From IMG/VR virus record IMGVR_UViG_3300043104_000084: DNA of 46,871 nt; one strand, given 5' to 3'. Made by a program: the position numbers and the translations under genes. The notes under the pieces were generated by a model. That model did not search any database. It was given only the letters and a program-made list of their open reading frames with translations, and was not told where the DNA came from. This DNA is from a virus. Below, in pieces: positions 31,081 through 40,669 of the stretch; within the stretch, counting starts at the first letter, position 1; each line of letters opens with the position of its first letter.

Positions 31081-32218
31081 CCTCTATCCCCCCAAAAGTC
31101 ACATTACAGGTTTCCAGTACCGCAACGCTTCCCTTTGGTATCTCCGTAAATGCAGGCTCTTCAATCACAACCCTTTTTATTCCCGATTCCATGAGCATTG
31201 CATTAAAATAGGACGGGTTAATATCCCGCCCCATTTTTTGGGTCTGCCATAATGTATAATTTTCTGTAGCGTTTTCTACCGCTTCTCTGATTTCATTTGT
31301 ACTTGCCGTGCTGTCCGTTGAAATGTAATAAGTAGCCTTTATGTTAAATGGTACTGTGTCCGGTGCTGCCACTATAACCTTGTCTGTCAGAGGTCTAATA
31401 TCTTCCTCGCTTAAATGCTCCTGCACCTTGCTTAATAATTCCTCTTCGGGCAATTCTCCGTTTTGGCACATAATACGAACATCCACCACTCCCGGCGTTG
31501 GACTTCCTGCGTATACATCACATATCAATGCCGATACTGTTTTCGCTTGATATTCGTAACCGCCTTTCGGTCCCGCCGTTGAGTATGTTTCCTCGGACTC
31601 TCTCATACGGTTATAAAAAGCCGTGTCCGTTTCTTCCTCGCTTCCTCCGCTCGATTCCGTTACATTCTCAACCGACTTGTAATATAAAAATTCGTCCGAT
31701 ACCAATTTGCTAATCTGACCGGGTGCAAATCCGTTTCCGATTTCTCCCTCTGTTTCACATACCGCCTGTACCTCTGCGTAGTTCTCGCCTGCTTTGAATG
31801 TCAAATGCCCTGTAGTCAGAAAGTTTATATTTCCGTCAACCGTTACCTCTAATTCGTCTGTGATAATGTAATCGCTCGTTAATGTCGTTGATATAGTGAA
31901 TCCCAATGTAACAACTGCTGCCTGTGGCTCTAATCTGCTGACATTATGGAAAATCTCGCTTAACGAATCCAAATTATTTCCTGTTGCGTATCTCGGTAAG
32001 TTCTGCTTGGCAGATTCGTTTATCTCTACCCTTTCCTGTATAATCACGCTTGCAAGCCATAATATAAACGCCCTTACCGGGTCTGCCGGGTAAAGCGTCC
32101 TCCCTGTAGTTGCTTCATATCCTGCTATGAGTTTATTTACCAATGTTTCGGTGTCTGTATCTACAAACTCAACCTCTGGTAAGTTACTCGGTATATTCCT
32201 CGTTGTCGTATTCGCCAT
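31073..32218 (-). CDS. Baseplate J-like protein
   Basis: 381 aa. Position between gp25-like and gpI-like genes; gpJ-like N-terminal pattern. Confidence 0.75.
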   Translation of the reverse strand: MANTTTRNIPSNLPEVEFVDTDTETLVNKLIAGYEATTGRTLYPADPVRAFILWLASVIIQERVEINESAKQNLPRYATGNNLDSLSEIFHNVSRLEPQAAVVTLGFTISTTLTSDYIITDELEVTVDGNINFLTTGHLTFKAGENYAEVQAVCETEGEIGNGFAPGQISKLVSDEFLYYKSVENVTESSGGSEEETDTAFYNRMRESEETYSTAGPKGGYEYQAKTVSALICDVYAGSPTPGVVDVRIMCQNGELPEEELLSKVQEHLSEEDIRPLTDKVIVAAPDTVPFNIKATYYISTDSTASTNEIREAVENATENYTLWQTQKMGRDINPSYFNAMLMESGIKRVVIEEPAFTEIPKGSVAVLETCNVTFGGIEDE

Positions 32219-32525
32219 TTATTTCCACCTCCACAATCGGTTTTAATATTCCTGTTTCCGGTTCTATCTTAAACGATATGTCTACGATTTCCGCCCTCGG
32301 TTCGTACTGCTCTACCTTGTCGTATAAATCTGTGGTTGCTAACGCCTTTGCCGTTTCTATCGGCTTGTCTACATAATCCGGCGTAAGTCCTAGCCCTCTG
32401 TCAAGCGGTATCTGATACTCGATTGTACTAAACAGAAACCATAGATTTTGTAATACTTCCTCTTCCACCGTCTGCGGTTCTATGTTGAGTTCCACGCTTT
32501 CCGTTGTGTCTACTGTTCTGCTCAT
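32184..32525 (-). CDS. Baseplate wedge protein, GPW/gp25 family
   Basis: 113 aa. ...VLQNLWFLFSTIEYQIPLDRGLGL... Confidence 0.7.
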   Translation of the reverse strand: MSRTVDTTESVELNIEPQTVEEEVLQNLWFLFSTIEYQIPLDRGLGLTPDYVDKPIETAKALATTDLYDKVEQYEPRAEIVDISFKIEPETGILKPIVEVEINGEYDNEEYTE

Positions 32526-32531
32526 TTCCTC

Positions 32532-32930
32532 CTACCTTTCCGGGTATTCTTCAAGCGATATTTTTATTTCTGCCACAAGCAGATTTCCTTTATTGTCGAA
32601 CCGCTTTAACCCCTTTGAGTGTGAGGTAATAACCCATTTTGTGCCGTATTTCTTACCGCCTATCACGAGTGATAATATCTTGCCTTTCTTTCTGTATTTG
32701 TCTACTTTCTTCATCATGCTTAAAGGGTTTACGCCAAGGTATGCAGACAGGTACATGGAAAAACTCGCCGTGTCTGTATCGTTGTACTGAAATTCCAACA
32801 ACGGCTTTTTGTTATGCCTTGTGTGCTTTGCGTAATTGGTTTTGCTCTCTATCTGCAAATCATCAAAGGTCTTTACCGTGCTGTCCGATACCGTAAAGAC
32901 AATATCGCCAAGCGTTCCAATCTTTGCCAT
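32532..32930 (-). CDS. P2 GpU-like tail protein
   Basis: 132 aa. Layout G.IVF.V......F..L.....NYAKH......P.LEF ... LVIGGK.YG.KWVI.S matches the GpU pattern. Confidence 0.5.
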   Translation of the reverse strand: MAKIGTLGDIVFTVSDSTVKTFDDLQIESKTNYAKHTRHNKKPLLEFQYNDTDTASFSMYLSAYLGVNPLSMMKKVDKYRKKGKILSLVIGGKKYGTKWVITSHSKGLKRFDNKGNLLVAEIKISLEEYPER

Positions 32931-33337
32931 TAAATACCTCCTATGATAAATCCGTCCCCGTCCCCGCCCGGCTTAAAGATACATAGTACCCATTGCCCTA
33001 TGTACGGTATCCACGGATATATTTTTATTGTCTGCTCTTTGCCTGCGTAATCCGTTACTATCGTGTCCGGGTATTCTTTTTTGTACGTTTCTCCCAAGCC
33101 TAAATCCCTGTCGTACCCTGTATACTCCGCCTTGTAGTTCCACTCTGTACCGCTGTCTTTGTTCTGCACGGTTATTAGAGGTGTGTTCTGCACAATGCGT
33201 AAATCCCCGGTCACTATGCCCTGCTCCTGTATCTTTACCCTTGCTGTCATTTGCCCTTTGTTTACGCTGCTCACAACCCCGATTCTTACAAGGTCTTTTA
33301 GTTCCTGCATATCTGTATCATCAAATTTACTGCTCAT
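32930..33337 (-). CDS. Baseplate assembly protein V-like (spike)
   Basis: Start at ATG 33337 (TAATG overlap, GGAGGG RBS). OB-fold-like N-terminus GVVSSVNKGQMTARVKI. Confidence 0.6.
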   Translation of the reverse strand: MSSKFDDTDMQELKDLVRIGVVSSVNKGQMTARVKIQEQGIVTGDLRIVQNTPLITVQNKDSGTEWNYKAEYTGYDRDLGLGETYKKEYPDTIVTDYAGKEQTIKIYPWIPYIGQWVLCIFKPGGDGDGFIIGGI

Positions 33338-34653
33338 TAGTAACCCTCCAAACATGACCTAAGTTTGATATTGACCTTGTACCCTCCTGTAATGTTGTGG
33401 GTAGCCTGTTCAATGATGTACTTGCCGTTAAATTCTCCGTATCCGTACACCCTTACCGTTGCCCCTGCTACATAGTCCACATCTCCTACAAGGGTAAATT
33501 CCGCCGTTGTTTCCCCCTTATTCTTTGCTCTAAGGGATTTCCTCGCTAATTCTTTCGCTTCGTCAACGCTGCTGACTTTCTGCGTGACTTCCAATGTCTG
33601 ACCGTCCGAATTTGCGTTATCCGGCTTGTATGTGTATTCTATGGTCTTTTTTGTGTTCGGGTCTGTATATTTTACATGGCAGGCGGAATATGCGGTATCC
33701 GCCGTTTTCGTTGAGAAACTGTAACTAAGTATGTTTCCCTTTCCTGCCTTTATTTTCTTGATTTCTGTTTTTTTCTCATAATCGGCAGCGTCAAATAGCA
33801 CTATTGTATTGGATGTAACCTTTAATGATATTCCTGCGTTCTTGCACATTTTCTGTAAAAAGGCTATGTCCGTCATGTTTATCTGCTCTTTTCGCTTATA
33901 AACCGGGTTAGAGTTTGACAGGTACATAAACTTCATACTGCTGCGTTTTGCAATCTTCGCACCCATGTTTTTAAGTGTTGTATTCTCCCAAGTCCTGTTA
34001 TACAATGTCTGCCTTAATTTCGACTTATACGGTATGGATGTAGCCTTTATCGTTAATTTCTGCGGTGGCCCCGTATAATTCACGCTGTCTATTTCAAACA
34101 CGCCACAATCAAGCACTTTGTCCTTTCCGTCCGTGTAGGGATTTTTCTGTACTACCATAGCGTGTATTCTTGTACCCTTAAATGCCCTCTTTTCTGTAGC
34201 CTTGGTTGTCGTTGTTGTTGTAACCGTATCGCCCTCAACATCTGAAGCATTGACCCAACCGTAAACCTTTTTGCCGTCCTGTGATATTAAGTGGTATGGG
34301 TGTGCGTTGGAGTTTGCTATTGTACATTTGCACTTGCTCGCTCCCCTTGTTACTGTCGGCTCTGCTGCCGTTGAGGAAATGTATACCGGTCCGCCCTTAA
34401 ACTGTACTATGTTTCCTGCTTTTACCTCGCTTGTCGTTTTAGTCGTTTTAGAGCCTGCCTTATTGGTGTTTAGCCAATCCTTAATCCATTTTCCCTCTCT
34501 ATCATCAAGCGATATGGATATATCGTCTGTTTCGTCCTCTTCCTTGTCCGTGAATGAAAGGGATAACAGATATTTAGAGAGGTCTTTTGATATGTCTGTA
34601 TCTTTGAATGTAAGTTTTACATACGTTCGCCTTGCAAGTGTCTTATTACTCAC
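33337..34653 (-). CDS. gpD/late-control-D-like baseplate hub protein with inserted SH3-like domain
   Basis: 438 aa. Position after the LysM/X gene. C-terminal ...YIIEQATHNITGGYKVNIKL is typical of the gpD family. Confidence 0.7.
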   Translation of the reverse strand: MSNKTLARRTYVKLTFKDTDISKDLSKYLLSLSFTDKEEDETDDISISLDDREGKWIKDWLNTNKAGSKTTKTTSEVKAGNIVQFKGGPVYISSTAAEPTVTRGASKCKCTIANSNAHPYHLISQDGKKVYGWVNASDVEGDTVTTTTTTKATEKRAFKGTRIHAMVVQKNPYTDGKDKVLDCGVFEIDSVNYTGPPQKLTIKATSIPYKSKLRQTLYNRTWENTTLKNMGAKIAKRSSMKFMYLSNSNPVYKRKEQINMTDIAFLQKMCKNAGISLKVTSNTIVLFDAADYEKKTEIKKIKAGKGNILSYSFSTKTADTAYSACHVKYTDPNTKKTIEYTYKPDNANSDGQTLEVTQKVSSVDEAKELARKSLRAKNKGETTAEFTLVGDVDYVAGATVRVYGYGEFNGKYIIEQATHNITGGYKVNIKLRSCLEGY

Positions 34654-34873
34654 TTTCTGTTACCCCCTGTTTCCACGGTGGCAATGATTCCGATACCTCT
34701 AAATCAATTTCCGGCAAGGTAAGTAAAACCCCTGCCGGAAAAATGTAGGTATCCTTATGCTCTATATTCGCCTTAATCAGCGTATCCATATACATTTCAT
34801 TGCCATAGGCTTTATAAGCCACAATATCCCAAGTGTCCCCGGAAATTGTCGTATATGTATTAAGCATAAGCAA
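34646..34873 (-). CDS. Tail protein X-like (LysM-type)
   Basis: 75 aa. YTTISGDTWDIVAYKAYG... Confidence 0.6.
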   Translation of the reverse strand: MLMLNTYTTISGDTWDIVAYKAYGNEMYMDTLIKANIEHKDTYIFPAGVLLTLPEIDLEVSESLPPWKQGVTESE

Positions 34874-37800
34874 CCCTGCCCTCCTGTTCTTTTTGTTCTT
34901 TCAGAATTGTACGGATAATCTCCCGCAACTTTTCCAAAAATTCCTCGTCATACTGTGCCAACTGCTCTTTAATGCTCGTTGTGTCCTGTCCGCTGCTTCC
35001 TCCCTGCAATACTACCGTAGGAGAGTTTGTAACCTGTAGCGTAATCGTTCCTGCACCTGTCAAGTTTGCGTTTACACCGCTTGCCGTAGCGTTTAGGTCT
35101 TGTGTCTGTGACAGGTTATTGAAAATCGTGCCTGTCTGTGCTGCCGTAAATACCTTTCGCCCTGCTGCACCTGTTACCAACTCCGGCCCCTGTTCGCCTG
35201 CGATAAAGGTATCCGGCGTTGAGTTTGTACCTTTTGCAAATGTCGGTATCAGAGGTATGTTAATGCCTTTTCCTCCTAACCCCGGCACCCAATCCGGTAT
35301 CTTTAACTTATTAAGTCCGCCGATTACTGTATTTATCACGGATACAATCGCTCTGAATGGTGCTTTGAATATCTCGCCCAAACCGCTAAATACTCCGCTG
35401 AAAATACTTTTTACTCCCTCCCAAGCCTTAGACCAGTTTCCAGTAAACACGCCTGTAACAAAATCTATTAAGCCTTGGAATATCTGCATAACACTTTGAA
35501 TGATATTACTTACGCTTTGCAACGCTGACCCAAGCACACTAGCGAATATCTCCGCCACCAACTGAATTACAGGTATAAGAGCCTGTAGCAATGCCGATAA
35601 CGGCGGTAAAATTGCCGATATGATAGTTTCAAAAATCGGTAAAAGTGTGTTTAGTAGGCTTATCACTACAGGCAACACACTTTCTACAATCTGTGTCACT
35701 ATCGGTAAAAGTGTCTGTATGAGTTGGATAATAACAGGCAATACTGCCTGTATAATCTGCGTGAGTATCGGTACAACTGTGTTAATTAACTGAATCAGAA
35801 TAGGTAATACGGTCTGTATAATCTGCATAACCAACGGCAAAACCGCCGATATAAGGGAAACTATCACGGGCAGTATTTCCGCTACCAATGTTGCCAGTAT
35901 TGGCAATATTGCCGATATGAGAGAGCCTATTACTGGTAGCAATGATGTTACAAGTTCCCCTATGAGCGGTAGAATCTGCGTAACCAAATCTGCAACCATT
36001 GGCAGTAATGGTAGTAATCCTGTCTGCAAGGTGTTTATGATACTCGGTAAGATTCCCTGTAATGTATCAAGCACCCCTGCACCGCCCGAAAAGAACGCTT
36101 CCTTGATTGCACCGCCTACCTGTTGGATTATCCCCCACAATTTATCAAATACGGCTAATCCCTCGTCACCGAATGTTTTTTGTATAAAACCTCTTACCTC
36201 TTCCAAGTGGGTAGATGCCATGTAAATAGCACCGCCCACCGCTGCGATAATCCCCACAAGTGGCAGAATCTTTGTTGCTATTCCGCCGAATCCGCCGGAT
36301 ATACCGCTTATGTACTTTGTAATCCCTAATCCCTTAATCATTGTAAAGGCTTTTTGGATTGACAAAATACCGCCTTTTACCTGTAGGAATCCAAGTTTTG
36401 CAAGTAAACCTCCTGCTTTTAACCCTACTAATCCCGCTGCTACCTTTCCGATAAGCCGTATTGCTTCCGGGTGTGCGTTTGCAAAATCAGCCATTTTAGA
36501 GATGTAGACCGTAACTGATTCCACCGCACTTTGTATAGTCGGTAAAAACGCTTCTCCTAACGCAACCTGTAGAGCGTCTAATGCAGATTGAGCCTTGGTT
36601 AATGCTCCGTCAAGGTTATCCTGCATAATGTCTACCATTTCGGCAGCCGTTCCGTTGGAATTTGCTAGGGCGTCCGTAAGGTTATCCCAATCACTTGCTG
36701 ATGTATTCACAATCGCAAGTAATCCGTTCATTCCGCTTTGTCCTGCAAGTTGATAAGCGTAATTTTCTTTCTGCTCTGCGGTCAATGTTGAGAATTTAGA
36801 GCGTAAATCATTCAGTACAACCGACAAATCTTTAGCACTTCCGTCAGAGTTGAACATTTCCAGTCCTAACTCTTTCATTGCTTTAGTAGCCGTTTCATTT
36901 GTTCCGCTCATTCGTGTAAGCATTTTTGCCAATGCAGTACCCGATTTCTCGCCTTTTAATCCGCTGTTTGCCATTGCTCCAAGTGCAACCGCCACGTCCT
37001 TTGTGTTGTATCCCAACGCTCCCGCTGCCGTTGCTACCTGTTTGAATGATTCGCCCATTGTTGACACGTCCGTATTACTACTTCTCGCTGCCTGTGCTAA
37101 ATCATCCACAAATGCGTTTGTATCTTTTGCGGTAAGTCCAAACGCCGTTAATGCGTCCGTTACAATGTCAGAGGTCGTAGACAAGTCCTCTCCGGTTGCT
37201 GCTGCCAAGTTCATTATGCCCTCGATACCGTCAAGCATATCCCCTGTTTTCCAGCCTGCCATTGCCATATACTCAAAGGCTTCTCCTGCTTCGGTTGCCG
37301 TAAACTTTGTTGTAGCACCCATTTGTTTAGCCTTATCGCTTAATTCTGCCAACTGCTCCGCACTCGCACCGCTGATACTTTGCACCTTTGACATTTCGGC
37401 TTGAAAGTCCTTTGCCTTTGTTACCGGCCCCTTATAAAACGCAACTCCAAGAGCCGTTACTGTCCCCGCAAGACCTACTAACTCTGTTTTTGTTTGTGAT
37501 ATTGCCTGTTTATTTGCGTCCTGTTTCTCCGTTATTGCTTGAACCTTTTTTTGTGTATCCTCTAACTTCTGATAGGTGTTTTTTAATTCCTCTGTTTCCT
37601 TGTCTAAGTTATTGGTATCAATCCCCGCCTGCTTTAGCGTTTCGTCCAATTCCTGTAACTTTTGCTCTTCGCTTGCGGTCTGGTCCTTTGCTTTCTGCAT
37701 TGCCTTTTCATTGGCTTCAAGTTTCTTTGTGAGTTCCGGTGTAGCCTGTCCTGTCTTTTGGATTTCCTGCGTAAGCCTGTCATGCTCCGCTTCCAGTTCC

Positions 37801-38003
37801 TTAACCCTGTCCTTGCTCTTTGCTACCGCTGTCTGCTGTTTTTGGTATGCTGAAACATCCTGTATCTTCTGATTGGCACTTTTTAAGTCCGTCTGTAGGG
37901 TGTTCATTACCTTAGACGCATTTTTAAAGGATTGGGAAAAGTTCGGTCCTAACTTCGCCGACAACTGAAAAAGCAACTCATACTGTTTTGCCGTTCCTGC
38001 CAT
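34860..38003 (-). CDS. Tail tape measure protein
   Basis: 1047 aa. N-terminal coiled coil, central TMP core (MGATTKFTATEAGEAFEYMAMAGW), hydrophobic repeat region. Confidence 0.9.
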   Translation of the reverse strand: MAGTAKQYELLFQLSAKLGPNFSQSFKNASKVMNTLQTDLKSANQKIQDVSAYQKQQTAVAKSKDRVKELEAEHDRLTQEIQKTGQATPELTKKLEANEKAMQKAKDQTASEEQKLQELDETLKQAGIDTNNLDKETEELKNTYQKLEDTQKKVQAITEKQDANKQAISQTKTELVGLAGTVTALGVAFYKGPVTKAKDFQAEMSKVQSISGASAEQLAELSDKAKQMGATTKFTATEAGEAFEYMAMAGWKTGDMLDGIEGIMNLAAATGEDLSTTSDIVTDALTAFGLTAKDTNAFVDDLAQAARSSNTDVSTMGESFKQVATAAGALGYNTKDVAVALGAMANSGLKGEKSGTALAKMLTRMSGTNETATKAMKELGLEMFNSDGSAKDLSVVLNDLRSKFSTLTAEQKENYAYQLAGQSGMNGLLAIVNTSASDWDNLTDALANSNGTAAEMVDIMQDNLDGALTKAQSALDALQVALGEAFLPTIQSAVESVTVYISKMADFANAHPEAIRLIGKVAAGLVGLKAGGLLAKLGFLQVKGGILSIQKAFTMIKGLGITKYISGISGGFGGIATKILPLVGIIAAVGGAIYMASTHLEEVRGFIQKTFGDEGLAVFDKLWGIIQQVGGAIKEAFFSGGAGVLDTLQGILPSIINTLQTGLLPLLPMVADLVTQILPLIGELVTSLLPVIGSLISAILPILATLVAEILPVIVSLISAVLPLVMQIIQTVLPILIQLINTVVPILTQIIQAVLPVIIQLIQTLLPIVTQIVESVLPVVISLLNTLLPIFETIISAILPPLSALLQALIPVIQLVAEIFASVLGSALQSVSNIIQSVMQIFQGLIDFVTGVFTGNWSKAWEGVKSIFSGVFSGLGEIFKAPFRAIVSVINTVIGGLNKLKIPDWVPGLGGKGINIPLIPTFAKGTNSTPDTFIAGEQGPELVTGAAGRKVFTAAQTGTIFNNLSQTQDLNATASGVNANLTGAGTITLQVTNSPTVVLQGGSSGQDTTSIKEQLAQYDEEFLEKLREIIRTILKEQKEQEGRVAYA
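35545..36055 (-). repeat. About 14-15 tandem 11-residue (33-nt) units x-LP-x-x-x-x-L-x-x-x inside the tape measure gene
   Basis: ILPLIGELVTS LLPVIGSLISA ILPILATLVAE ILPVIVSLISA VLPLVMQIIQT ... read from the translation. Confidence 0.8.
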
Positions 38004-38007
38004 TACC

Positions 38008-38566
38008 TACTCCTTTCCCTTTCCTGCTTTTTCTTCCTCTACCATTTCGTTATACTCTGTAATCCAAGTGTTTAACTCTCTCACGGTAAGGTGTAGCCAA
38101 TAGTCAATACCTGTATTTGTTTCCCTTGCTAATAAAATGCAGTTTCTTCTTATCCATTTAGCCGGGTTTTTTAGTTTGCCAAACCCGCACTTAGTAAAAA
38201 ATTCCTGCTTTCATCCTTTACCTTTGCAAAATCACGGATAGGCAGATTTTCGATTACATCACTTCCTACCCTCGCTGCCCTTGCTGCCAACTTTGACAGG
38301 TAAGATGTAGAGATTTCCGGGGATAATGCAAATTCCCCAACTGCTGCCATTTCCGCTTCAATGGCAAGCATATCTTTACCGATAAGACCGTCAAAATTAA
38401 ACACAAACTCCGTGTATGTCTTATCCTCGTATGTGTACGGTTTAGAGAGTTTTACTCTTTTGCCCTCTGCCTGTGTGTCCGAATCGGTCACTTTTTCCTT
38501 TTCTGCTTCCTCTGCTGCCTGTAATGCTGTCTTTTCGTTCATTTCTGCAATCTTCGTATCTTCCAT
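38008..38566 (-). CDS. Tail assembly chaperone G-T fusion made by -1 programmed frameshift
   Basis: The -1 frame after GGGTTTG stays open to TAG 38010..38008 and encodes ...KNPAKWIRRNCILLARETNTGIDYWLHLTVRELNTWITEYNEMVEEEK.... Confidence 0.55.
38171..38566 (-). CDS. Tail assembly chaperone (gpG-like)
   Basis: Between tube and tape measure genes. Start at ATG 38566 after GGAGGT; the upstream part of the track ORF is a terminator hairpin. Confidence 0.7.
   Translation of the reverse strand: MEDTKIAEMNEKTALQAAEEAEKEKVTDSDTQAEGKRVKLSKPYTYEDKTYTEFVFNFDGLIGKDMLAIEAEMAAVGEFALSPEISTSYLSKLAARAARVGSDVIENLPIRDFAKVKDESRNFLLSAGLAN
38180..38186 (-). promoter_or_regulatory. Slippery heptamer G GGT TTG (X XXY YYZ) for -1 frameshifting
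   Basis: Read directly, in the correct zero-frame phase, 3 codons before the gpG-like stop. Confidence 0.6.
38475..38491. repeat. 17-nt palindrome copy 6: GTGTCCGAATCGGTCAC
   Basis: Encodes VTDSDT at residues 26-31 of the chaperone. Confidence 0.9.
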
Positions 38567-38596
38567 TTTTGTTTTACCTCCACTTGGATTTAGGCA

Positions 38597-38622
38597 TAAG
38601 AAAAGCACGGTTTCCCGTGCCT
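38597..38622 (-). terminator. Intrinsic terminator/attenuator after the tube gene
   Basis: GCACGG-GAAA-CCGTGC followed by TTTTCTTAT on the minus strand. Confidence 0.6.
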
Positions 38623-38649
38623 GCTCCTATGCCGTTTCTTTTTACTTTT

Positions 38650-39171
38650 TTAACTCTTTCCTAATGCTTTCCGTACATCTGCCAAATAATCCGTACCATT
38701 GACATAATAGATATAGTTAAGAGGGTCAATCTCTAACTTTTTCTTTCCGTCAATGTAGGTAGCATAATATGATACGGCATATTCTCCGCTTACCTCTGCT
38801 GCACTTGCCGTAGCAACCTTTCCGGGGTTTAATTTCTTCGGTGTTACTGTAAGAATGTGCTTAACAGGCACTACATTTGTTGTACCCGCCGTTGTATCCT
38901 TTTCCTGCTGTGCTGCTCTGAGGTCAATATTGTGCTGTCTTGGCTCATGCAGTTTGATAGCGTTCGGCTGAACGGTGCGGAAATTAAGCGTGAGTGTCAT
39001 TGCTTCAATAGCACCCAAAATAACGCTTTCAAGTTTTCCGCCGATACCGGCCCCGCTGATTTCCTCCGTAATGTTTGAGATTTCCGGCAATGTAACCTCT
39101 GAAATACCTACAAACTCTGTAGCGTCCTCATATACCGCAAATCCAATAACAGTTTCGTCAATCTTCGGCAT
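38650..39171 (-). CDS. Contractile tail tube protein
   Basis: 173 aa, directly after the sheath gene. Confidence 0.7.
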   Translation of the reverse strand: MPKIDETVIGFAVYEDATEFVGISEVTLPEISNITEEISGAGIGGKLESVILGAIEAMTLTLNFRTVQPNAIKLHEPRQHNIDLRAAQQEKDTTAGTTNVVPVKHILTVTPKKLNPGKVATASAAEVSGEYAVSYYATYIDGKKKLEIDPLNYIYYVNGTDYLADVRKALGKS

Positions 39172-39190
39172 TTTCCCTTACCTCCTGTTT

Positions 39191-40657
39191 TTATTCTGAA
39201 AATAATGTTTCAAGATAACTTACATCATATTCAAGTGTAAAATCTAACTCTTTTGCCGGACTTGGCGGAGTTAAATAAATGTGGAAATGGGCGATACCCG
39301 CCATTAAATCCGTTTCCGTATTCTCTTCCTCGGTAAACTCGATACGCCCGCCTAAAATCTTTTCCTCTGCCATAAGTCCGTTAAGCCAGAGGTTAAGGCT
39401 CTGCACTACCGATTCTATCAAGCGTCTTTTAAGACCTCTATCCACCTTAGACCATACGGAAAGGATTACGCTGTTTGCCACCCATTGAAACATACGGCTT
39501 ACGCAATAGAAATAATCTGTCACGTCCGTATTTGCCGGATAACAAGCCGTTTCATTTCCCCATGACACGAAACCACCGATAAGGTTTAATCCTGTGATGA
39601 TTCCGTTTCTGTTAAGGTAGTTCGCCTGCACAAGGTCTAACAAAACCTCTGTGCCATCCGCTAAAACCATGCCGTCAATCTGCAAGGTCTTGTTACTTGC
39701 CGATTCGCACGGAGAGCCACCGCCTAAATCCTCGGTGCTGTCTGTGAGAGCCATTAACCCGGCAAGGTGTGTAGAGTAGTGGTATTTCTTTCCGCCAAGT
39801 GTAAGCATAGGCCACGCCAACAACTCCGTAGGCTGACTAATGTTGTACTTTGTTTTCCACTCCACCGCTTCCGTGTATGTGGTTGCTTCCGTTGTGTCAA
39901 CATCAAGAATAACCTTTGCCTTGAAAAGTCCGTTGATGTTCTCGGCTTTTGCTGACATAATCGCTGCTACCTCGCTGTCACTTGAAAAGTTCGGTGCAAG
40001 CAGCAATGTAGGCACAACCCGGAATTTCGGAAATACGGAATCTACCAACTCAAAACCTTTGTTTTTCTTGGTGTTTGTATCGTATCCGCCGATAATGTCC
40101 GCCTTTGTAACCTTGTCCGGTGCTACTGCGTTGTACTGGATATTGAGTTTTGCATTGTCCGCCGTAATCTTTCCGTCCTCAATGCGTTCAAGTCTTAATA
40201 CTCCGTCCGTATACAAAAGGTCGTAATCTTCTCCCCTTGTATATTCCTGTGTCAGTACATCCTCTCCGTCGTACCCCTTTACCACAACGGAATCCTCTAC
40301 CGCTTCATACGGCAAATCAAGAGTTCCTGCGGATAACTGCATATCCTCCGTTTTTTCTCCTGCTAAATGCTTCTTTGGGTCTAACACATTTACCATTACT
40401 ACCGGGGAAACGCCGTATAACTTAAACGCCGTATAGATTTCCTCGCAAATGTCGTATTTTTCCCAATCGTCACTATACCCCATTGCTTCTACTGCTTCGG
40501 CGTATGTGCTTGCGTATACAGGCTCGTTGACCTTACCGCCTACGGTATGTACCGGGGCAGTACCAACGATAAAGTGTATAGCACTATCGGCAACTACAGG
40601 TGTGCTTACTGATGTTGCTATCTTACTTGCTCTCGCTCCGTGGTAATATTCTGCCAT
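39191..40657 (-). CDS. Contractile tail sheath protein
   Basis: 488 aa. Position and size; N-terminal AEYYHGARASKIATSVSTPV and overall pattern are typical of sheath proteins. Confidence 0.8.
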   Translation of the reverse strand: MAEYYHGARASKIATSVSTPVVADSAIHFIVGTAPVHTVGGKVNEPVYASTYAEAVEAMGYSDDWEKYDICEEIYTAFKLYGVSPVVMVNVLDPKKHLAGEKTEDMQLSAGTLDLPYEAVEDSVVVKGYDGEDVLTQEYTRGEDYDLLYTDGVLRLERIEDGKITADNAKLNIQYNAVAPDKVTKADIIGGYDTNTKKNKGFELVDSVFPKFRVVPTLLLAPNFSSDSEVAAIMSAKAENINGLFKAKVILDVDTTEATTYTEAVEWKTKYNISQPTELLAWPMLTLGGKKYHYSTHLAGLMALTDSTEDLGGGSPCESASNKTLQIDGMVLADGTEVLLDLVQANYLNRNGIITGLNLIGGFVSWGNETACYPANTDVTDYFYCVSRMFQWVANSVILSVWSKVDRGLKRRLIESVVQSLNLWLNGLMAEEKILGGRIEFTEEENTETDLMAGIAHFHIYLTPPSPAKELDFTLEYDVSYLETLFSE

Positions 40658-40669
40658 TCTTCTATCCTC

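Noticed and set aside
38567-38608. N-terminal extensions of track ORFs 38171..38608 and 24991..25344 (and 2773..3687)
   Set aside because: Each extension consists of a terminator-type hairpin (GCACGG-GAAA-CCGTGC; GTGCGG-GAAA-CCGCAC; GGCAGCGG...CCGTTGCC). In each case a better RBS-start pair lies downstream.
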